Positions 26,296 through 35,033 of a stretch of DNA of 64,000 nt are shown in pieces (the first letter of the stretch is position 1; each line of letters starts with the position of its first letter). The position numbers and the translations under genes are program-made. The notes below the pieces were generated by a model. It saw only the letters and a list, made by a program, of their open reading frames with translations. It did not search any database and was not told where the DNA came from. This DNA is from a virus (Duplodnaviria; Caudoviricetes), in the IMG/VR virus record IMGVR_UViG_3300036821_000136, positions 44,247 to 108,246 of that record; one strand, 5' to 3'.

Positions 26296-27024
26296 ATGAC
26301 CACCACCCGAGAAGCCGCCCGCGAGGAGGCATGGAGCCGCGACGACGCGCTGTCCGCGTTCCTGGCCGTCACCGCCCGCCCTGACCCCGACGACGGCACC
26401 AGCAGCCTGATCGTCCTCGACGACGCGCAGCTGGCCCGGCTGCGCCCGGTCGTCGAGCGGGCCCGCCGCGTCGGCTACTGCCTGCAGTGCGACCCCGGCT
26501 TCCCCGAGGTGTGGGCGGCCGTCGGCGACGGCTGGCCGCACCTGGCCAGCTCCCACGGCAAGGTCCGGTCCCGGCGCCGCACGCTGACCCTGCGGCCGAT
26601 GAACCGGCCGCCCGGCGACGGCGTCGTCAAGTACGAGCAGACCGACCTCTGCTTCGGCGGCCGCCAGGTCACCAAGCCGGTCCACCAGATCCTGCTGCTG
26701 GCCTTCGAGGGCACCCGCCCGTCCGACAAGCACGAGTCCTGCCACGGCGACGACGTGGCCAACCACAACCACTGGACCAACCTGCGCTACGGCCTCGACA
26801 ACGGCCTGGACAAGGCGCGGCAGGCCGCGTTCCTCAGCCCGGGCGCGGCCGAGCGCCGGTCGGCCGCCGCCCGCCGCGCGCAGCGGGCCGGCCGGCAGCG
26901 CCTCGACGACCGCCGCGCCGCCGACCGCGCAACACACCGTGACGATGACACGCAGCGTAGCGGCCTGGCGAAGGTCACCGGCTGGCTTGCCCGTCACGGA
27001 ATGTGGCGACGTGGGGACCGGTGA
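26296..27024 (+). CDS. NUMOD4/HNH endonuclease-like protein
   Basis: E.W..V....SSHGKVRS...VHQILLLAF.G...CH.D....N...NLRYG. Confidence 0.7.
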   Translation: MTTTREAAREEAWSRDDALSAFLAVTARPDPDDGTSSLIVLDDAQLARLRPVVERARRVGYCLQCDPGFPEVWAAVGDGWPHLASSHGKVRSRRRTLTLRPMNRPPGDGVVKYEQTDLCFGGRQVTKPVHQILLLAFEGTRPSDKHESCHGDDVANHNHWTNLRYGLDNGLDKARQAAFLSPGAAERRSAAARRAQRAGRQRLDDRRAADRATHRDDDTQRSGLAKVTGWLARHGMWRRGDR

Positions 27025-27255
27025 CAGGCGGTGAGCGGAACCGATGACAGACCGATGACACGTTTCCGCAGGTCAACGGCCTGCACGCTGCGTAACCGCG
27101 GAACTCGGAAGCCGGCACGCAAATTCGCCGCCTTCGGCGGCGCCTTCCGAGTTAGCCGACCGGTGACAGCGCGTGACGAACACGGAGCGTAGCCGCTCGC
27201 CCGGCGGTGACAGCGAGTGACGACGATGGGAGGCCACCCAGCGTGACGATGACCG
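27018..27255 (+). repeat. cluster of G(T/A)GAC-core direct repeats plus nested hairpin
   Basis: CCGGTGACAG, CCGATGACAG, CCGATGACAC, CCGGTGACAG, GCGGTGACAG and others; stem AACTCGGAAG/CTTCCGAGTT. Confidence 0.55.
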
Positions 27256-29249
27256 GGACGACCCCGCTGCCCGTGACCGGCTTCCACCCGACGCACGGCT
27301 GGATCGCCGTCGCGGTCGCCGCGCTGTGCGTCGGGCTGGTCGTGAACGTGGTGGCGGGGCGGGTGCGGCGCGCCAACGGCAAGGAGGGCGGCGCGACGGC
27401 GGTCGGGCGGCTGCTGGCCGGGATCGACCTGCACCACGGCCGCGATCACTGGACGAACGCGGGGTGGCTGACGCGGCCGGGAGAGGTCACCCTCGTCGGC
27501 GCCGGGACCAAGCGGGGGCGGGCGTCGTGGTGGCAGCACCAGAACTACCTGTTCCGGTCGGTGGTCCGCTCAGGGTGGCTGCCCGTGGCCGCTGCGTGGT
27601 TCCTGGCCGGGGCGGAGGCGGCCTGTGCGGCCGCGCTGGCGCTCGGGCTGTTCGCGTTCTACGTCAGGACCCGCACCCGCCCTGGGTGGCTGTCCGCGGC
27701 GTGGATCCCGCGGGTCCGCGGCGAGCACGACGCCGGCCGGGTCGGGCCGCTGGCTGAGGCGCTGGCCACCGCGACCAACGTCAGCAGCCGGGCGGTCGCC
27801 CGCGGGCTGCACTGGCACCCCGATTACGCCCTGTCACAGCCGGGCGATGAGGTGCTGAGCTGGGATATCCCGCCGGCGTTCAAGGCGGCGGGCGGCGAGC
27901 GGCGCACCGTCGAGGACCTGATCGAGTCGCGGGTCGGGTTCGGGCTGCAGGCGTCGTGGCGGACGTCGCAGGTGCCGCCGGTGCTGGTGATGAGCCGGGC
28001 CCGGTCGCTGCCGCCGATCGTGTTCCTGGCCGACGTGCTGGACCGGGTCGACGCGCTGCCGGCGTCCAAGACCGCGATCGGCCTGGATGACCTCGACCGG
28101 CTGGTCTGCTGGGACTGGGGGTGCGAGACCCCGCACGGCGTGATGAACGCCGGGTCGCGGCACGGCAAGAGCGAGACCAACAAGTGCCTGATCTGCCAGA
28201 TCCTGCGCAAGGGCGGGTCGGTCACCGCGATCGACGTCAAGGAGATCAGTTTCCAGGGCCTCGAGGGACTGCCCGGGTTCACCCTGGTCAACGACCCCGG
28301 CGACATCCCGGCGATGTGGGAGGCGATCGCCGACTTCGCCGGCGAGCTGAACGTGCGGCGCGCCGAACGGGCGGCCGGGACGGCAACCAGCTGGCCGGTC
28401 AAGCTGCTGATCATCGAGGAGGCCAACCAGTTCGGCGAGATGACCGACGACTGCTGGGAGGACCTGCCCTGCGTCGACGACATGGAGCCCGAGGAGCGCG
28501 AGCTGCTGCGCGGCACCGAGCTGTGGAAGACCAAGGGCGCCAAGAAGACCCCGCGCGTGTGGCGGCACGTCAAGGCGGTCGCCTGGCAGGGCGCCGCGTT
28601 CAACATGCACGTGCTCGTCGACGGCCAGGACATGAAGGATTCGGTCGTCAAGGGGCTGCGCAACAGCCTCGGGATGCGGCTGCTCGGCGGGTACCTGCCG
28701 CAGCAGTGGAAGTTCCTCGTCGGCACCACCCCGGTCCCCGCCGCGCCGGCGGTCAAGGGCCGGTTCTGCCTGGTGATCGGCAACCAGCAGACGTGGACGC
28801 AGGCGATCCTCGCCGACACCGACCCCGACGTCAGCTCGCGGATCTGGCGCGACTTCGCGCTCAACGGCCGGCCCGACCCCGGCCCCGGCGGCGCCGGTGA
28901 CAGCCACCGACGACAATTCACCGACGACAGCGTCCCGCCGCTGGTCAGCGCTACAAACGGCGACGGCCCGTCACCGGTGACCGGCGACACGGCGATCCCC
29001 ATGACGCTGCTGTCCATCGTGCGGATCTTCCTGGCCCCCGACGCCGGCGACGACGACCAGAAGAAGCTGGCGGCCGCGCTCAAGCAGGACCGGCAGCGGC
29101 ACGACCGCGGCGCGCTGCCGCCCGGGCTGATCTTCCCCGGCCAGGTCGGCACCGACGGGCAGGCCGAGCTGTTCCTGCCCCACCAGGTGATCAAGTTCAA
29201 CACCGCGCGGCGCGGCCAGCCCGCCGCCAGAAACGGAGGACCGTCATGA
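27243..29249 (+). CDS. FtsK/SpoIIIE-like plasmid transfer translocase (Tra/TraB type)
   Basis: N-terminal TM segments; AGSRHGKS, AIDVK, LLIIEEAN; C-terminal FP..VG..G..LF domain. Confidence 0.75.
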   Translation: MTMTGTTPLPVTGFHPTHGWIAVAVAALCVGLVVNVVAGRVRRANGKEGGATAVGRLLAGIDLHHGRDHWTNAGWLTRPGEVTLVGAGTKRGRASWWQHQNYLFRSVVRSGWLPVAAAWFLAGAEAACAAALALGLFAFYVRTRTRPGWLSAAWIPRVRGEHDAGRVGPLAEALATATNVSSRAVARGLHWHPDYALSQPGDEVLSWDIPPAFKAAGGERRTVEDLIESRVGFGLQASWRTSQVPPVLVMSRARSLPPIVFLADVLDRVDALPASKTAIGLDDLDRLVCWDWGCETPHGVMNAGSRHGKSETNKCLICQILRKGGSVTAIDVKEISFQGLEGLPGFTLVNDPGDIPAMWEAIADFAGELNVRRAERAAGTATSWPVKLLIIEEANQFGEMTDDCWEDLPCVDDMEPEERELLRGTELWKTKGAKKTPRVWRHVKAVAWQGAAFNMHVLVDGQDMKDSVVKGLRNSLGMRLLGGYLPQQWKFLVGTTPVPAAPAVKGRFCLVIGNQQTWTQAILADTDPDVSSRIWRDFALNGRPDPGPGGAGDSHRRQFTDDSVPPLVSATNGDGPSPVTGDTAIPMTLLSIVRIFLAPDAGDDDQKKLAAALKQDRQRHDRGALPPGLIFPGQVGTDGQAELFLPHQVIKFNTARRGQPAARNGGPS

Positions 29250-29578
29250 CGCAGCTGACCGAGCGGCTGTCCCTGTTCTGGGCGCGGCACCGCCCGTCGC
29301 GGGTGCCGGGCCGGTGGCGGCACGGCCCGGCCGCCACCCAGGTCCACAACTGGCGCAGCGCCCGCACCATCGCCCGCGGCCGGGTGCCCTACTGGCAGCG
29401 GGCCACCGCCGCCGCCGGGTCGCGGACCCCGGTCTACCGCAGCCGGATCAACCGGGCGACCGGCCGCCCGCACCGCGACGACGCGATGATGCGCCGCAGC
29501 GGCGACCAGGCGCTCGCCCGGACCCGGGACCGGCACACGCCCCGGCCGCGCCGGGTGGGCGGCCGGGGCGGACGGTGA
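29246..29578 (+). CDS. basic hypothetical protein
   Basis: GGAGG RBS, ATGA overlap. Confidence 0.65.
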   Translation: MTQLTERLSLFWARHRPSRVPGRWRHGPAATQVHNWRSARTIARGRVPYWQRATAAAGSRTPVYRSRINRATGRPHRDDAMMRRSGDQALARTRDRHTPRPRRVGGRGGR

Positions 29579-29592
29579 GATGATTACGGGCC

Positions 29593-29892
29593 ATGACCAG
29601 ATTGCTACTGCTGGTAGCCGGCTACGGCGGCGGCATCCTGCTGACCTGGCGCGGCGACTGGCGGCACGGCCTGGCGATCTTCGCGCTCACCGCCGCCCTG
29701 CACTTCCTGTCCGTGCTGGCCTACCCCTGGCACCGCTGCTGGGCATGCCGCGGCCGCGGCGTGTTCTGGCTCGGCCGCAACCACGGCGACTGCGTGGTGT
29801 GCGGCAACCGCCGCCGCTACCCCCGCACCGGCGCCCGGATCCTGACCCCCGGCCGCGCCCGCAGAATGACCCAGCGAAGGAGAGGACGATGA
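29593..29892 (+). CDS. membrane protein with DnaJ-like CxxCxGxG zinc finger, of a type seen next to actinomycete tra genes
   Basis: YPWHRCWACRGRG...CVVCG..R.GAR. Confidence 0.7.
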   Translation: MTRLLLLVAGYGGGILLTWRGDWRHGLAIFALTAALHFLSVLAYPWHRCWACRGRGVFWLGRNHGDCVVCGNRRRYPRTGARILTPGRARRMTQRRRGR

Positions 29893-30299
29893 CCCACCCC
29901 GCGCACTACGAAATCATCGGCGGCCCCGCGCCGTACCCCGACTCGGCGGCCGCGCTCAGGGCGGCGGCTACCCGCCGTGACCAGGTCACGGCCAGGCAGG
30001 CGGCGGACATGCGCCGGCTATCCGCGGACACGCCCGGTAACGACCCCGACCCCGCCCGGCGGCAGCGGATGGCCCGCGCCTTCCTGCAGGCGGTCGGCGA
30101 AAGCCTCGACGAGGCGTGGCCCGAGCTGATCGCCCGCGCCTGCATATACGCGGGCATGGGCGCGCCGGTCCCGGGCGCCGACGAGTACGTCGACATGCTC
30201 GCCGCGGCGCTCGGCGTCCCGGCCGACGAGGCGCCGTTCGAGCTCGACCAGCTGATCCCCGGCGTGCCGGACACGGCCAGGCACGAGGTGACGTCATGA
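29889..30299 (+). CDS. hypothetical protein
   Basis: GAAGGAGAGG RBS, ATGA overlap. Confidence 0.7.
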   Translation: MTHPAHYEIIGGPAPYPDSAAALRAAATRRDQVTARQAADMRRLSADTPGNDPDPARRQRMARAFLQAVGESLDEAWPELIARACIYAGMGAPVPGADEYVDMLAAALGVPADEAPFELDQLIPGVPDTARHEVTS

Positions 30300-30727
30300 G
30301 GGTCCGGATCGGCACCAGCGGGCTGCTGCTGCTGATCGCCCTCGCCGTGATCATCCTGATCGCCGGGCTGCGCTGGCTCGGCTCCAACGCCGCCGCGATC
30401 CGCGCCGGGGTCGGCACCGGCGTGCTGGTCCTCGTCGTCGCCGGGGTGCTCGGCCTGGCCGTGCACCTGCTGCTGCAGGCGCACCGCGCCGAGCGGCTGC
30501 CCTGGCAGCGGCCCGTCCCGCCGCCCGTCCCGCCGGCCACGATGACCGCCGAGGTGCTGCCCGCCGCCGCGGCCGAGCTGACCGCCCCGGCGCCGGTCGC
30601 CGCGATCGCGCCGGCCCCGGCCGGGGTCACTGTCGTCGTGTCGACCGCGGAGGCGGCCGAGGCGTTCGCCCGCGGCCTGCACGTCCCGCCGCCGGCTGGC
30701 GGGCAGGGCAGCGACGGGAGCCCGTGA
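30296..30727 (+). CDS. membrane protein
   Basis: Two TM segments; ATGA overlap. Confidence 0.7.
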   Translation: MRVRIGTSGLLLLIALAVIILIAGLRWLGSNAAAIRAGVGTGVLVLVVAGVLGLAVHLLLQAHRAERLPWQRPVPPPVPPATMTAEVLPAAAAELTAPAPVAAIAPAPAGVTVVVSTAEAAEAFARGLHVPPPAGGQGSDGSP

Positions 30728-31551
30728 CGACGGCGCGGACCCGGCCGGCGGCGACAGCCACTGCCACATCGCCGGCCGGGTCCAGCTGGGACGTCACCCC
30801 GGCGGCCTTCCGTGGGGCCGGGGGGCACCACCGGACGCTACCGGGCGCCGCGCCGCCGCGCCGCCCGAACCGGGGAACTGATGGCGTTTTTGTGACGGCC
30901 GCCCCGGCACCTGCCCCGGGCACTGATCCTGATGGCGCTTTGACGCAAAAACGCCATAGGAACGCGCACGCGGGCAGCGAGCGGCCCGCCGAGCCGCTGA
31001 CCCCCGCCGAGGCCGCCGCGCTGCTCGCCGCCGCGTCCCGCGCCTCCTGGAGCGGGATCCGCGACCGCGCCATGATCACCGTGCTGTACCGGTCGGGGCT
31101 GCGGATCAGCGAGCTGCTCGGCCTGCGGCTGGCCGACCTCGACACCGCGGCGCGGACGCTGCGGCTTCGGCACACCAAATCCGGCCGGCCGCAGATGCGC
31201 GGCTACCACCCCGGCGCCGACGACGCCCTGGAGCTGTGGCTGCAGCTGCGCCGGCCGATGGGTCCCGGGCCGCTGTTCTGCACCCGGGCGGGCGGCCCGG
31301 TCTGGCCGCAGCAGGTCCGCGCGACGCTGGCCCGCCTCGCCGGCCGCGCCGGGATCGCCAAGGCGGTCCGGCCGCACGGGCTGCGGCACACCCTGGCCGT
31401 CGAGCTGCTGCGCGCCGGGGAGGACATCGCCGTGATCTCCAAGATCCTGGGGCACTCGTCGATCGCCACCACGGCGCGCTACCTTGATCACCTGACCAAC
31501 AGCGCCGCGCTCACCAGGCTCGCCGCGGCCGACCTGCCGCCCCTGGAGTGA
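30724..31551 (+). CDS. tyrosine recombinase, essentially catalytic domain only (true start may be TTG 30940)
   Basis: RSGLRISE, TKSG, HGLRH, LGHSS...TARY. Confidence 0.9.
   Translation: MTTARTRPAATATATSPAGSSWDVTPAAFRGAGGHHRTLPGAAPPRRPNRGTDGVFVTAAPAPAPGTDPDGALTQKRHRNAHAGSERPAEPLTPAEAAALLAAASRASWSGIRDRAMITVLYRSGLRISELLGLRLADLDTAARTLRLRHTKSGRPQMRGYHPGADDALELWLQLRRPMGPGPLFCTRAGGPVWPQQVRATLARLAGRAGIAKAVRPHGLRHTLAVELLRAGEDIAVISKILGHSSIATTARYLDHLTNSAALTRLAAADLPPLE
30878..30959. other. putative dif/loxP-like recombination site plus upstream half-site
   Basis: ATGGCGCTTT-GACGCA-AAAACGCCAT (30932-30957); CTGATGGCGTTTTTG at 30878. Confidence 0.6.
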
Positions 31552-31757
31552 GAAGGGGAACCGCCGGTGATCATCATCATCGCCGAGCACCAAGCCGACA
31601 TGCGGGAGATCGAGCGCGCGATCGAGCGGGCCGCCGCGGCGGGCCTGTTCGGCGGCCGCGACTACGCGGTGATGCGGGCGGTGCCCGGCAGGATCCCGGT
31701 GTTCGACGCGGCGCGGCGCGACGGCAGTCCCCGGCCGCCGCCGGCCATCATGGGGCC

Positions 31758-32048
31758 ATGCCTGATATCTCACTGTCCATCGTCCGCGCCGGCAGCCCGC
31801 CGCCGTGGGAGGACATCGCCACCGGCGGCCTCCCGTTCACCGATCTCGGCGAGTCGTGGAAGGTGGCCGTCCTCGAGCGCGGCATGCGCTCGGGTGACCC
31901 GTCGGTCGCGCTGCGCCTGGACCTGCCCGACGGGCGGATCCTGATCGCGCAGACCAGCGTGGCCGCGTGGATCGCCGCCACCGCCGCGATGCGCGGCGCG
32001 TTCCCCGAGGCGTTCGCCGGCGGGCCGCTCGCCGCCGGCCAGCCATGA
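31758..32048 (+). CDS. phage hypothetical protein
   Basis: GMRSGDPSVALRLDLPDG; high GC3. Confidence 0.7.
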   Translation: MPDISLSIVRAGSPPPWEDIATGGLPFTDLGESWKVAVLERGMRSGDPSVALRLDLPDGRILIAQTSVAAWIAATAAMRGAFPEAFAGGPLAAGQP

Positions 32049-32275
32049 CCGACAGGCACGCCGCGTACATCGTGGTGCTGGGCAGCGACATCCGCGACGA
32101 TGACGCCGAGCCCGTGCTGACCGCCCTGCGGATGGTCAAGGGCGTGGCGTCCGTGGAGCCCGTCATCGCCGATTACCCGTTCGCGGTGGCCCGCACCCGG
32201 CGTGACTCCGCGTGGCGGGATGCGCTGTACGGGCTGGCCCGTCAGGGGCCGCCCGAGACGGGAGACGGTGGCTAG
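32045..32275 (+). CDS. phage hypothetical protein
   Basis: ATGA overlap; MTDR...DIRDDDAE...MVKGV. Confidence 0.75.
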   Translation: MTDRHAAYIVVLGSDIRDDDAEPVLTALRMVKGVASVEPVIADYPFAVARTRRDSAWRDALYGLARQGPPETGDGG

Positions 32276-32639
32276 CCGCCGCGACCGGCGGGCCCTGGCA
32301 GCGTTCCGCGCGCTGCTGGACCGCCGCCCTACCTGCCCGCCGCCCGCCCGCACGGCGGGCCGCGCCAGCGACGGGCTGCCCGCGCACTGGCGGGCCTGCG
32401 CCGGGCTGTACGCGGCGGCCGCGCCGCGCGCCCTGGCCGCCGGCCCGCTGCTGGCCGGGATGATGCTCGACCAGGCCGCCCGCGACCGGTACGCCGCCGC
32501 GCGGCTGGAGGAGTGGCAGCGGGTCATGTTCCCGGTGCCTGCGGTGCGTGACCGGGCGGGCGCGGTGCGGTACGGTGGGCGGGCCCGGCCGCGTTTGGGG
32601 GACGGTCCGCCGTTCGTGTCGGCCGGGTGCAAGGAATGA
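32268..32639 (+). CDS. hypothetical protein
   Basis: GGGAG RBS; overlaps the previous stop. Confidence 0.5.
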   Translation: MASRRDRRALAAFRALLDRRPTCPPPARTAGRASDGLPAHWRACAGLYAAAAPRALAAGPLLAGMMLDQAARDRYAAARLEEWQRVMFPVPAVRDRAGAVRYGGRARPRLGDGPPFVSAGCKE

Positions 32640-32871
32640 GAACGGCCTTGCGATCTGGAGAGGTCACCGGAGCCAAGTCAGGAACGGGCCAATCCGCCGG
32701 CCGGGGAACGACAACAGCGTCGACCAGCCCCGCCCGCCGGACCCTGCCCGGCGCGCACCCCAGACCCCGGTGAACCTCACCGCCCGCCCGGCGGCCCGCA
32801 GAGCGATTCTGCGGGGCCGCCCGGCCGGGGGGTAGCCGCTACCCGGCGGCGGCCGCGTACGGTCCGCAGCG

Positions 32872-32890
32872 CGTAGCCTGGCGGGCTACG
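32872..32890. repeat. 19-bp palindrome copy at the junction of convergent arms
   Basis: CGTAGCCTGGCGGGCTACG; supplies the TAG of 32886-32987. Confidence 0.7.
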
Positions 32891-32987
32891 TCCGCCAGTA
32901 CGCGATCGCCGCCGCGATGACGACGGCGGCCAGGAGGAGCGCGGCGGCGGTCAGGCCGGCCAGCAGGCCCGTCGCCCACGCGGGCAT
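32886..32987 (-). CDS. 33-aa single-TM peptide
   Basis: AAGGAGG RBS; MPAWATGLLAG...AYWRT. Confidence 0.6.
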   Translation of the reverse strand: MPAWATGLLAGLTAAALLLAAVVIAAAIAYWRT

Positions 32988-33010
32988 CAGGCCGCCTCCT
33001 TGGCGCACGA

Positions 33011-33048
33011 GAAAAGGCCGGCCCGCCGGGGGGGTGGCGGGCCGGCCT
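33011..33048 (-). terminator. intrinsic terminator of the late operon
   Basis: AGGCCGGCCCGCC...GGCGGGCCGGCCT followed by TTT. Confidence 0.8.
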
Positions 33049-33060
33049 GCTTGCGGGTGC

Positions 33061-33303
33061 CTACGCCGCCGGCGGCACCGGCGACGGCGGCGGCGGCGGG
33101 GGGACGGGCGCCAGGTCCGGGGCGGCCGCGACCGCGGCCGCGGAGCCGGCGTTGGGCACCTGGTAGATGCCGAGCCCGGTGGCGACCAGGATCCCCATCG
33201 CCACGTAGACGTTGGAGCTGCCCCACACCTGCACGGCGACCTCGAGCACGGTCCCGGCGACGAATACCAGCACCTTGCGGTGCACCGCTATCCACGCCTT
33301 CAT
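33061..33303 (-). CDS. holin
   Basis: RK.L..two TM segments..GIYQVPN; downstream of the endolysin. Confidence 0.7.
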   Translation of the reverse strand: MKAWIAVHRKVLVFVAGTVLEVAVQVWGSSNVYVAMGILVATGLGIYQVPNAGSAAAVAAAPDLAPVPPPPPPSPVPPAA

Positions 33304-33869
33304 GATGCCCCCCACAGCTGCCGGTCGGCCCAGTCCCACCACTGCGCCGGGGTGGTCTGCCGCTCCGCGCCCGGCTCCGGCGACGCCCACCCGGTCAGCT
33401 TGTACAGCATCGCCGCGAGCGAGCTGCACACCACGTGGCCGGGCAGCTCCTTGTCGTTCCCGCCCCACCGCCACAGCGGGTCGATCGCCTTGGCCAGGTT
33501 GTGCAGGCCGATCGACCGGGCGGTGTCCTGGCCGATGCCGACCCAGTCGTAGTCGATGCCGAGCGACGCGGCGCACGAGGCCAGGAACACCTCCAGCTGC
33601 CCGGCGTCGTTGGGCCGCGGCTGGGCGTGGTTGCCGCGGGTCCGCGAGTCGGTCAGGAACGGGGTGCAGTCGACCGGGCCGACGCCGCCGGGCCGCCCCT
33701 CGATGCCCATCCACCGGCCGGCCTGGTCCTGGTGGGTCACGACGATGACGTGGTTGGCGACGCCCGGGCGGCCGCGCAGCACCGCGCCGATCCGGATCAC
33801 CGTGCCGAAGAACGAGTTGGACGACCAGACCGCCAGGATCACGCCCGGCTCGACCGGGACGGCGGTCAC
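33300..33869 (-). CDS. permuted papain-like (YiiX/YebB-type NlpC/P60) hydrolase
   Basis: NHV..., IEG.PGGV, YDW, CSSL; His precedes Cys. Confidence 0.7.
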   Translation of the reverse strand: MTAVPVEPGVILAVWSSNSFFGTVIRIGAVLRGRPGVANHVIVVTHQDQAGRWMGIEGRPGGVGPVDCTPFLTDSRTRGNHAQPRPNDAGQLEVFLASCAASLGIDYDWVGIGQDTARSIGLHNLAKAIDPLWRWGGNDKELPGHVVCSSLAAMLYKLTGWASPEPGAERQTTPAQWWDWADRQLWGAS

Positions 33870-34774
33870 CGGGTCACCGGCGCGGTCCAGGTCGCCGCCC
33901 ACGTCTGCGCGCCGACCTTGCCGTCGACGCCGAGGCCCTTCTCGGCCTGGAACGCGCGGGCCTTGGCGTCGCAGTCCGGCCCGAACCGGCCGTCCTGGGC
34001 GAGCTTCCAGCCGCGGCGGACCATCTGGACCTGCCAGGTGTGCACGTTGGCGTTGTCCGCGCCGCCGTAGTAGCCCGAATGGCAGTAGCCGCTGGAGGAC
34101 GGCTGGCCGAGGTAGTGCCCGGCGCCGTAGGGGAACGGCGGCGCCTTGGTGCCCGGCTTGACGTCGGCCGGGGCGGCCGGCGCGGCGCCGCCGGCCAGCG
34201 CCCGGAACTGCGCGATCGTCCCCTTGAACGCGCTGAAGTCGACCCGCTGGCCGTTGAAGGCGTGCGCGTCGGTCCACTGCCACACCGCCGGGGTCATCCC
34301 GCCGTAGGGCGCCCAGCCCTGCCCGGTGTCGGAATAGCCGCTGTACGCCGACGACCACAGCGCCATGTGGCGGCTGATCATCGGGCTCAGCGACGGGGAG
34401 CCGATCTGCTGCCAGTACCAGTGCGGGAAGTAGAGCAGGTTGCAGACGCCGCCGGCCTTCCGGTAGGCGTCGATGAACCCGGTGGCGTCGCCCATGCCCG
34501 GCCGGGAGGACCCGGTGGGCTCCCAGTCGAGCATCAGCGGCAGCCCGCCGTCGCGGGCGTTGCACCAGGCGGCCTGCCCGGCCGGGTTCCCGGCGTGCAG
34601 GAAGTGGTAGGCGATACCGAGCGCGCCGGCCGCCTTGGCGCGGGCGGCGGCGTCGGTGAACCACTTGCCGGCCTGCCAGCCGGTGCCCTCGGTGGTCTTC
34701 ATGGCCACCGCGGGCGCGCCGGACAGGCCGATGCCGCCCTGGAACGGGGAAACGTCGGGGAAGTGGATCGTCAT
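33866..34774 (-). CDS. endolysin, GH25 muramidase plus peptidoglycan-binding domain
   Basis: DVSPFQG, K.TEG, AYHF, LDWE, WQWT; DG.FGP..FQ..GL.VDG.VG..TW. Confidence 0.9.
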   Translation of the reverse strand: MTIHFPDVSPFQGGIGLSGAPAVAMKTTEGTGWQAGKWFTDAAARAKAAGALGIAYHFLHAGNPAGQAAWCNARDGGLPLMLDWEPTGSSRPGMGDATGFIDAYRKAGGVCNLLYFPHWYWQQIGSPSLSPMISRHMALWSSAYSGYSDTGQGWAPYGGMTPAVWQWTDAHAFNGQRVDFSAFKGTIAQFRALAGGAAPAAPADVKPGTKAPPFPYGAGHYLGQPSSSGYCHSGYYGGADNANVHTWQVQMVRRGWKLAQDGRFGPDCDAKARAFQAEKGLGVDGKVGAQTWAATWTAPVTR

Positions 34775-34796
34775 CAGGGTCCCTTTCGTGCGGGGG

Positions 34797-35033
34797 TCAG
34801 GGGTTGATCGTGCAGGGCGGCGGCGCCGGCGCGACGGTCACGCCGGCGTGCGCGCCGAGCCGCTGGATCTCGTGCCATTCCGCCGCCACGATCACGCACA
34901 GCTGCACGTCGGTGCGGTGCTGGCGGTCGTACAGGTCGTTGATCGCCACGGCAATCAGCGCGATGGAGGCGAACCCGAGCAGCGCCAGCACGGCGACGGC
35001 GGCCTGGATCCGGCGCAGCCGCCGCCTGCTCAG
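34797..35033 (-). CDS. membrane protein, start uncertain (possibly CTG overlapping the upstream stop)
   Basis: High GC3 and a TM segment; no ATG/GTG at the expected start. Confidence 0.5.
   Translation of the reverse strand: MSRRRLRRIQAAVAVLALLGFASIALIAVAINDLYDRQHRTDVQLCVIVAAEWHEIQRLGAHAGVTVAPAPPPCTINP

Noticed and set aside
31567-31944. ORF VIIIIAEHQ... after the recombinase
   Set aside because: Has a weak RBS but overlaps a better-supported gene by about 190 nt; unresolved, and it contains no TTA, so it does not fit the TTA pattern
32637-32830. Possible 45-aa ORF or ncRNA at the junction of the two arms
   Set aside because: Poor codon bias and no recognisable RNA family; only a terminator-like hairpin near 32790-32821 is evident
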